DNA of 9,473 nucleotides from a virus (Duplodnaviria; Heunggongvirae; Uroviricota; Caudoviricetes): IMG/VR virus record IMGVR_UViG_2703718801_000021, positions 1 to 9,473 of that record; one strand, 5' to 3'. Shown piece by piece: positions 6,469 to 9,473 of this stretch (position 1 is its first letter; each line of letters starts with the position of its first letter). The notes under the pieces were generated by a model. It saw only the letters and a program-made list of their open reading frames with translations, ran no database searches and was not told where the DNA came from. The position numbers and the translations under genes were made by a program.

Positions 6469-6617
6469 AAAGAAGATTTCCAATAATCAGAACAAGTCGA
6501 CTCCTGTTTAGTTACGAGCGACATTGCTCCGTGTATTCACTCGTTGGAATGAATACACAGTGCAGTGTTTATTCTGTTGTTTATGCCAAAAATAAAGGAC
6601 GATTATGCGGCCTGAAA

Positions 6618-7067
6618 TTACTTAACCAATGATGCTGCATATTCGATAAGGTAAAGTTTTGGGGCCAGCCAAATTTTTAACCAAGTCATATTGGTTACTA
6701 CACCAATAATAAAAATCCCCCACAGAGTCAAAACTCCAACCAATGGCATGATAAGAAGGTTAACATCTCCTTTGCTATCCCAAACCATTGTCGGCCTGTA
6801 TTTGGGATTTCCCCTCTCCCATGAGTATCCTTCATCACCGATTTTACCTGTCTCAACTCTTTGGCACTGCTTCTTCATAAACCAGAAAACCAGTGGGATT
6901 GTTAGAATGGCTATTAATGTTTTAATCAGACTGTCAACCATATTCCATAGCAGCAACTGATGAACAACATCAGGAATCTGTGCTTGGCTAAATGAAACAG
7001 CAGCATCTATTCCATTGCTGGCTTTTTGCAGTAGTTCTACGAGAATCTTGTTTGCTTGTTCTTCCAT
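6618..7067 (-). CDS. Predicted inner-membrane protein, 149 aa, two hydrophobic helices; possible superinfection-exclusion function by position
   Basis: ATG at 7067 is preceded by AAGGTGA. Hydrophobic segments LIKTLIAILTIPLVFWF and LLIMPLVGVLTLWGIFIIGVV. It sits between ral and cIII, where lambdoid phages place sieB or gene 17-type exclusion genes. Homology is not established. Confidence 0.55.
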   Translation of the reverse strand: MEEQANKILVELLQKASNGIDAAVSFSQAQIPDVVHQLLLWNMVDSLIKTLIAILTIPLVFWFMKKQCQRVETGKIGDEGYSWERGNPKYRPTMVWDSKGDVNLLIMPLVGVLTLWGIFIIGVVTNMTWLKIWLAPKLYLIEYAASLVK

Positions 7068-7104
7068 ATATCACCTTGATTGTAATAAGCATGAAATTAT
7101 TTAC

Positions 7105-7135
7105 GGACAAAAATAAAGGCCACCATCAGGCAGCC
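7105..7135 (-). terminator. Weak terminator-like hairpin overlapping the ral stop
   Basis: Minus-strand GGCTGCC tgat GGTGGCC forms a 7-bp stem with two G-U pairs, followed by TTTATTTTTG. Confidence 0.3.
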
Positions 7136-7326
7136 TTGTAGTTCTGTTTACCAAGTTCTCTGGCAATCATTGCCGTCGTTCGTATTGCCCATTTATCGAC
7201 ATATTTCCCATCTTCCATTACAGGAAACATTTCTTCAGGCTTAACCATGCATTCCGATTGCAGCTTGCATCCATTGCATCGCTTGAATTGTCCACACCAT
7301 TGATTTTTATCAATAGTCGTAGTCAT
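7126..7326 (-). CDS. ral: Ral-like restriction-alleviation protein, 66 aa, Cys4 motif
   Basis: MTTTIDKNQWCGQFKRCNGCKLQSECMVKPEEMFPVMEDGKYVDKWAIRTTAMIARELGKQNYKAA is essentially the lambda Ral sequence as I remember it. It has four cysteines in CxxxxxCxxCxxxxxC spacing and is 66 aa long. Confidence 0.7.
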   Translation of the reverse strand: MTTTIDKNQWCGQFKRCNGCKLQSECMVKPEEMFPVMEDGKYVDKWAIRTTAMIARELGKQNYKAA

Positions 7327-7396
7327 ACGGATAGTCCTGGTATTGTTCCATCACATCCTGCGGATGCTCTTCGAACTCTTCAAATTCTTCTTCCAT
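7310..7396 (-). CDS. orf28-like 28-aa acidic peptide (MEEEFEEFEEHPQDVMEQYQDYPYDYDY) overlapping the ral start
   Basis: Hand-translated. ATG at 7396 is preceded by GAGGTG with a 6-nt spacer. Its 3' end overlaps the ral start by 17 nt in another frame. Lambda carries a 28-codon orf in this position (from memory). Confidence 0.3.
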   Translation of the reverse strand: MEEEFEEFEEHPQDVMEQYQDYPYDYDY

Positions 7397-7454
7397 ATCT
7401 CACCTCAAATAAGTGGTTTGCTGCCTAATTTCATTTTCTGGCGACCAACACAAG

Positions 7455-7727
7455 TCATCTCGCCGTCAGTTGTTTTGATTTCCGGTAGCCTGCCGCGTAA
7501 ATGGCTACGTTCGGAAGACAAGTTGAACCTTCATATTTTCTGGTCAACGTTGTCAGAGTTATCACTTCTGCTCTCATTGCTGGTTTGCGCTTGCATTGCA
7601 AGACCACTCGTGAAGGGGTTGGCCTGTGTAGCTTGTCGGAGCTGATCGCCTCCTGACTTTGCAGATTTGCACGACGAGCTCTACGGCGAGAAGCTGCGGT
7701 TCCTTTAAATTCTGTTTTTCTGGACAT
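7455..7727 (-). CDS. N: N-like transcription antiterminator, 90 aa, with an N-terminal arginine-rich motif
   Basis: Internal ATG at 7727 is preceded by GGGAGG with a 5-nt spacer. The N-terminus MSRKTEFKGTAASRRRARRANLQS is an arginine-rich motif like those of lambdoid N proteins (phage 21 type, from memory). It is the first gene downstream of the PL-like promoter and nutL-like element. Confidence 0.55.
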   Translation of the reverse strand: MSRKTEFKGTAASRRRARRANLQSQEAISSDKLHRPTPSRVVLQCKRKPAMRAEVITLTTLTRKYEGSTCLPNVAIYAAGYRKSKQLTAR

Positions 7728-7752
7728 AGATTCCTCCCGAATAAACTTTGGC

Positions 7753-7800
7753 GATGCAATCTCGAAGCCCCTCCTGAGACGGTTGCTTCGGCATTGCATC
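7753..7800 (-). promoter_or_regulatory. Large imperfect hairpin in the N leader, about 14 of 16 bp paired; candidate RNase III-type processing or translational control structure
   Basis: GATGCAATCTCGAAGC (7753-7768) pairs with GCTTCGGCATTGCATC (7785-7800), with one 2-nt mismatch and a 16-nt loop. It lies between the nutL-like element and the N ribosome-binding site. Confidence 0.4.
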
Positions 7801-7824
7801 CCACAGCTTATGTGGTTGGGTGAT

Positions 7825-7872
7825 CTGGCTTTTCAGCCACGTAGTCGAGTGTTCGACGTTGTTTAAAGAGCC
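7825..7872 (-). promoter_or_regulatory. nutL-like N-utilisation site: boxA, spacer hairpin, boxB-like GAAA-loop hairpin
   Basis: Minus-strand reading: GGCTCTTTAAACAAC (boxA-like, compare CGCTCTTTAACAA consensus), then GTCGAacacTCGAC, then TACG, then tGGCTgaaaAGCCa. The same layout recurs after cro on the plus strand. Confidence 0.6.
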
Positions 7873-7917
7873 TGCCAGTCTGTTCCGTTTGGCTTCCAGC
7901 TTCCTGCTGATGGCTAA

Positions 7918-7946
7918 ATAGTACGATGTGTACTTTACTGAGTCAA
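7918..7946 (-). promoter_or_regulatory. PL-like promoter with an operator-like 16-mer in the spacer
   Basis: Minus strand: -35 TTGACT (7946..7941), 17-nt spacer CAGTAAAGTACACATCG, -10 TACTAT (7923..7918). The spacer and -10 contain AAAGTACACATCGTAC, which matches 14 of 16 positions of a 16-mer in the PR region in mirrored orientation. Confidence 0.5.
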
Positions 7947-8009
7947 TACAAAATGTTCTAAATATGGTTTAGTTTTTTATAACGCTTTGTATTTAATGGG
8001 TTTATATTT

Positions 8010-8042
8010 TGGAAAAAGAAAACCCGACGCTAAGGTCGGGTT
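8010..8042 (-). terminator. Rho-independent terminator downstream of cI (minus strand), possibly bidirectional
   Basis: Perfect 8-bp stem AACCCGAC / GTCGGGTT (8021-8042) with a 6-nt loop. On the minus strand it is followed by TTCTTTTTCC; on the plus strand it is followed by a T-rich stretch. Confidence 0.6.
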
Positions 8043-8072
8043 ATTGTTGTGTGTTTTAGAGTGGTGAGGCTG

Positions 8073-8768
8073 TTAACTAAATGTCTCTTCAGGCCACTGG
8101 CTGGCGATAACTTTCCCTACTACGGAACAGCTATCATTGCATGGAATCATTGGATATTGCGGGTTTAGTGGTTGTAGGAACACCTGACCGCTATCCCTGA
8201 TCAGTTTCTTGAAGGTAAACTCGTCACCACCAAGTCTGGCTATGCAGAAATCACCTGGCTCAACAGCCTGCTCAGGGTCAACGAGAATTAACATCCCGTC
8301 AGGAAAGCTTGGCTTGGATCCTGTTGGCGCGGTCATGGAATTACCTTCAACTTCAAGCCAAAACGCACAATCACTGGCTTTTTTGGTTGTGCTGACCCAT
8401 CTCTCCGCATCACCTTTGGTAAAGGTTCTAAGCTCAGGCGAGAACATACCGGCCTGAACATGAGAAAAAACAGGGTACTCATATTGTTTTTTAACGGGGG
8501 CAGATGAGTATTCGCCAACAGGTGAAAATGTACCGTCGTGGTTGAATGAGACGTTATCAATACCAAGGTATTTAAACACCACACCAATCTCGTCAAGAGA
8601 TGGATGACGAGATCCGCGCAACCAGTGACCAATTCCACCCTGCGTCATACCAAGCTCTTCGGCTAACTTCTCTTGAGTTATGCCGAGCTCTTTCATTCTG
8701 GATCTAGCCAGTTCATACCATTTCATTTTCATACCCTTATTATTACGCTCTGTACTAAAATCATCCAT
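8073..8768 (-). CDS. cI: CI-type phage repressor: N-terminal HTH (XRE-like) and C-terminal LexA/S24 autopeptidase domain
   Basis: HTH region [24 protein letters not shown]24-type features include an Ala-Gly site (HVQAGMF), the Ser nucleophile context (EVEGNSM) and a downstream Lys (TFKKL). It is divergent from cro. The ORF track starts at a TTG at 8774; I favour the ATG at 8768, which has no SD. Confidence 0.85.
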   Translation of the reverse strand: MDDFSTERNNKGMKMKWYELARSRMKELGITQEKLAEELGMTQGGIGHWLRGSRHPSLDEIGVVFKYLGIDNVSFNHDGTFSPVGEYSSAPVKKQYEYPVFSHVQAGMFSPELRTFTKGDAERWVSTTKKASDCAFWLEVEGNSMTAPTGSKPSFPDGMLILVDPEQAVEPGDFCIARLGGDEFTFKKLIRDSGQVFLQPLNPQYPMIPCNDSCSVVGKVIASQWPEETFS

Positions 8769-8788
8769 GCACAAGATGTATTTTTTGT

Positions 8789-8817
8789 TTGCATTCTAAA
8801 AGTACATATCGTATTAT
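8789..8817 (+). promoter_or_regulatory. PR-like promoter with an operator-like 16-mer in the spacer
   Basis: -35 TTGCAT (8789-8794), 17-nt spacer TCTAAAAGTACATATCG, -10 TATTAT (8812-8817), 26 nt upstream of the cro ATG. The 16-mer AAAGTACATATCGTAT (8799-8814) mirrors the PL copy. Confidence 0.55.
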
Positions 8818-8843
8818 TGCGTTATGGTTACTATGGAGGGCAT

Positions 8844-9059
8844 ATGAGCAACCTACGAAAATATCGAGAGTCACTGAATATCTCTCAAACAACACTTGCT
8901 AAGGCAGTTGGATGCACACAGGGAGCTATCGGACATTGGGAATCTGGTCGTCGCTTCCCAGACCTTAAAACATGCCGTGCTCTTGTTGCGTGCCTAAACA
9001 AGTTAGGCGCAAAAGTCAGTCTTGATGACGTGTTCCCGCCGGAACACAAAGCCGCTTAA
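8844..9059 (+). CDS. cro: Cro-like HTH regulator, 71 aa
   Basis: ATG at 8844 is preceded by GGAGGG with a 4-nt spacer. HTH segment ISQTTLAKAVGCTQGAIGHWESG. It is divergent from cI and followed by a nut-like site and cII. The ORF track's longer 8673 start is a GTG/TTG extension through the operator region. Confidence 0.8.
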   Translation: MSNLRKYRESLNISQTTLAKAVGCTQGAIGHWESGRRFPDLKTCRALVACLNKLGAKVSLDDVFPPEHKAA

Positions 9060-9069
9060 TAAGCGGATC

Positions 9070-9114
9070 CGCTCTTTGTAACAACGGACATTCGTCCTAC
9101 GTCGCTGAAAAGCG
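9070..9114 (+). promoter_or_regulatory. nutR-like site: boxA, spacer hairpin, boxB-like GAAA-loop hairpin
   Basis: CGCTCTTTGTAACAAC (boxA-like), then GGACattcGTCC, then TACG, then TCGCTgaaaAGCGA. The layout parallels the nutL-like element, with different but still complementary stem sequences. Confidence 0.6.
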
Positions 9115-9200
9115 AGTTCCAAGATATCTGACCAACTAAGGCCATATGCGTTTCCACGCATACCTTTCAACTAACTATTCACTACTGGAAATCTTAAGAA

Positions 9201-9473
9201 ATGGAACAAACAAGTTACAGCAAACTATCCCAGCGTGACGTTGATCGCGCAGAAACAGATTTACTCATCAACCTGTCAACGCTTACCCAGCGCGGTCTGG
9301 CAAAGATGATTGGCTGTCATGAATCGAAGATAAGCAGAACGGACTGGAGATTTATTGCTTCGGTCTTGTGTGCTTTCGGAATGGCATCAGACATCAGTCC
9401 GATTAGCAGGGCTTTTAAGTATGCGCTTGATGGACTCACCAATAAAAAACGCCCGGCGGCAACCGAGCGTTCT
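9201..9473 (+). CDS. cII: CII-like transcriptional activator, 5' partial (runs off the window end)
   Basis: Translation MEQTSYSKLSQRDVDRAETDLLINLSTLTQRGLAKMIGCHESKISRTDW...ALDGLTNKKRPAATERS has a C-terminal TNKKRPAATERS matching lambda CII (from memory), plus an HTH. There is no stop before position 9473. Confidence 0.85.
   Translation, partial: MEQTSYSKLSQRDVDRAETDLLINLSTLTQRGLAKMIGCHESKISRTDWRFIASVLCAFGMASDISPISRAFKYALDGLTNKKRPAATERS

Noticed and set aside
6691-6960. 89-aa plus-strand ORF inside the membrane-protein gene
   Set aside because: Shadow frame.
7343-7645. 100-aa plus-strand ORF
   Set aside because: It is antisense to orf28 and N and has no SD.
7455-7799. Long forms of several minus-strand ORFs (7455-7799, 6244-6483, 4862-5335, 2729-3082, 4241-4684, 5245-5880)
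   Set aside because: The long forms begin with GTG/TTG or overlap upstream genes. Internal ATGs with SD sequences give compact, non-overlapping genes consistent with operon packing.
7574-7804. 76-aa minus-strand ORF overlapping the N start and N-leader hairpin
   Set aside because: It is a different frame from the ARM-containing N protein and would have to start inside the nut/hairpin region.
8209-8638. Plus 82-aa and minus 101-aa ORFs inside cI
   Set aside because: They are alternative frames within the repressor gene.
8673-8843. 5' extension of the cro ORF back to 8673
   Set aside because: It would start with a non-ATG codon inside the cI coding region and read through the operator-promoter region. 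The ATG at 8844 has a GGAGGG SD and gives a Cro-sized protein.
9062-9071. GCGGATCCGC palindrome as a possible standalone terminator or restriction-site artefact
   Set aside because: It is too short and has no loop, so it cannot form a stable hairpin alone. It is better explained as part of the nested palindromes at the cro stop and boxA junction.
1-9473. CRISPR arrays, tRNA or rRNA genes, IS elements or transposases
   Set aside because: I found no regularly spaced direct repeats, no cloverleaf-like candidates, and no transposase-like ORF. The only recombinase is the phage integrase.

Overview
This window reads as the early-left arm and immunity region of a lambdoid (lambda/P22-mosaic) temperate phage or prophage. 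Nearly everything from 75 to 8768 is on the minus strand, apparently transcribed leftward from a PL-like promoter at about 7.92 kb. In transcription order the genes are: N-like antiterminator, a 28-aa orf28-like peptide, Ral, a two-TM membrane protein, cIII-like, Kil-like, a 56-aa ORF, an Erf-family recombinase, a short protein with an SSB-type C-terminal tail, three unassigned small genes, two Ead/Ea22-like paralogs, a 63-aa protein, a DUF551 protein, three small ORFs, then xis and int. The right end holds a LexA-like (S24) cI repressor, the divergent PRM/PR region, cro, a nutR-like element and the 5' part of cII. I see no rRNA, tRNA, CRISPR array or transposase. All family assignments come from reading the translated ORFs and from remembered family signatures; no database search was run. 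The most interesting material is the unassigned small-gene cargo of the ea region, the SSB-tail protein next to Erf, and the mirrored PL-nutL / PR-nutR regulatory elements that can be read directly from the DNA. Candidate novel functions in the ea region are hypotheses only.
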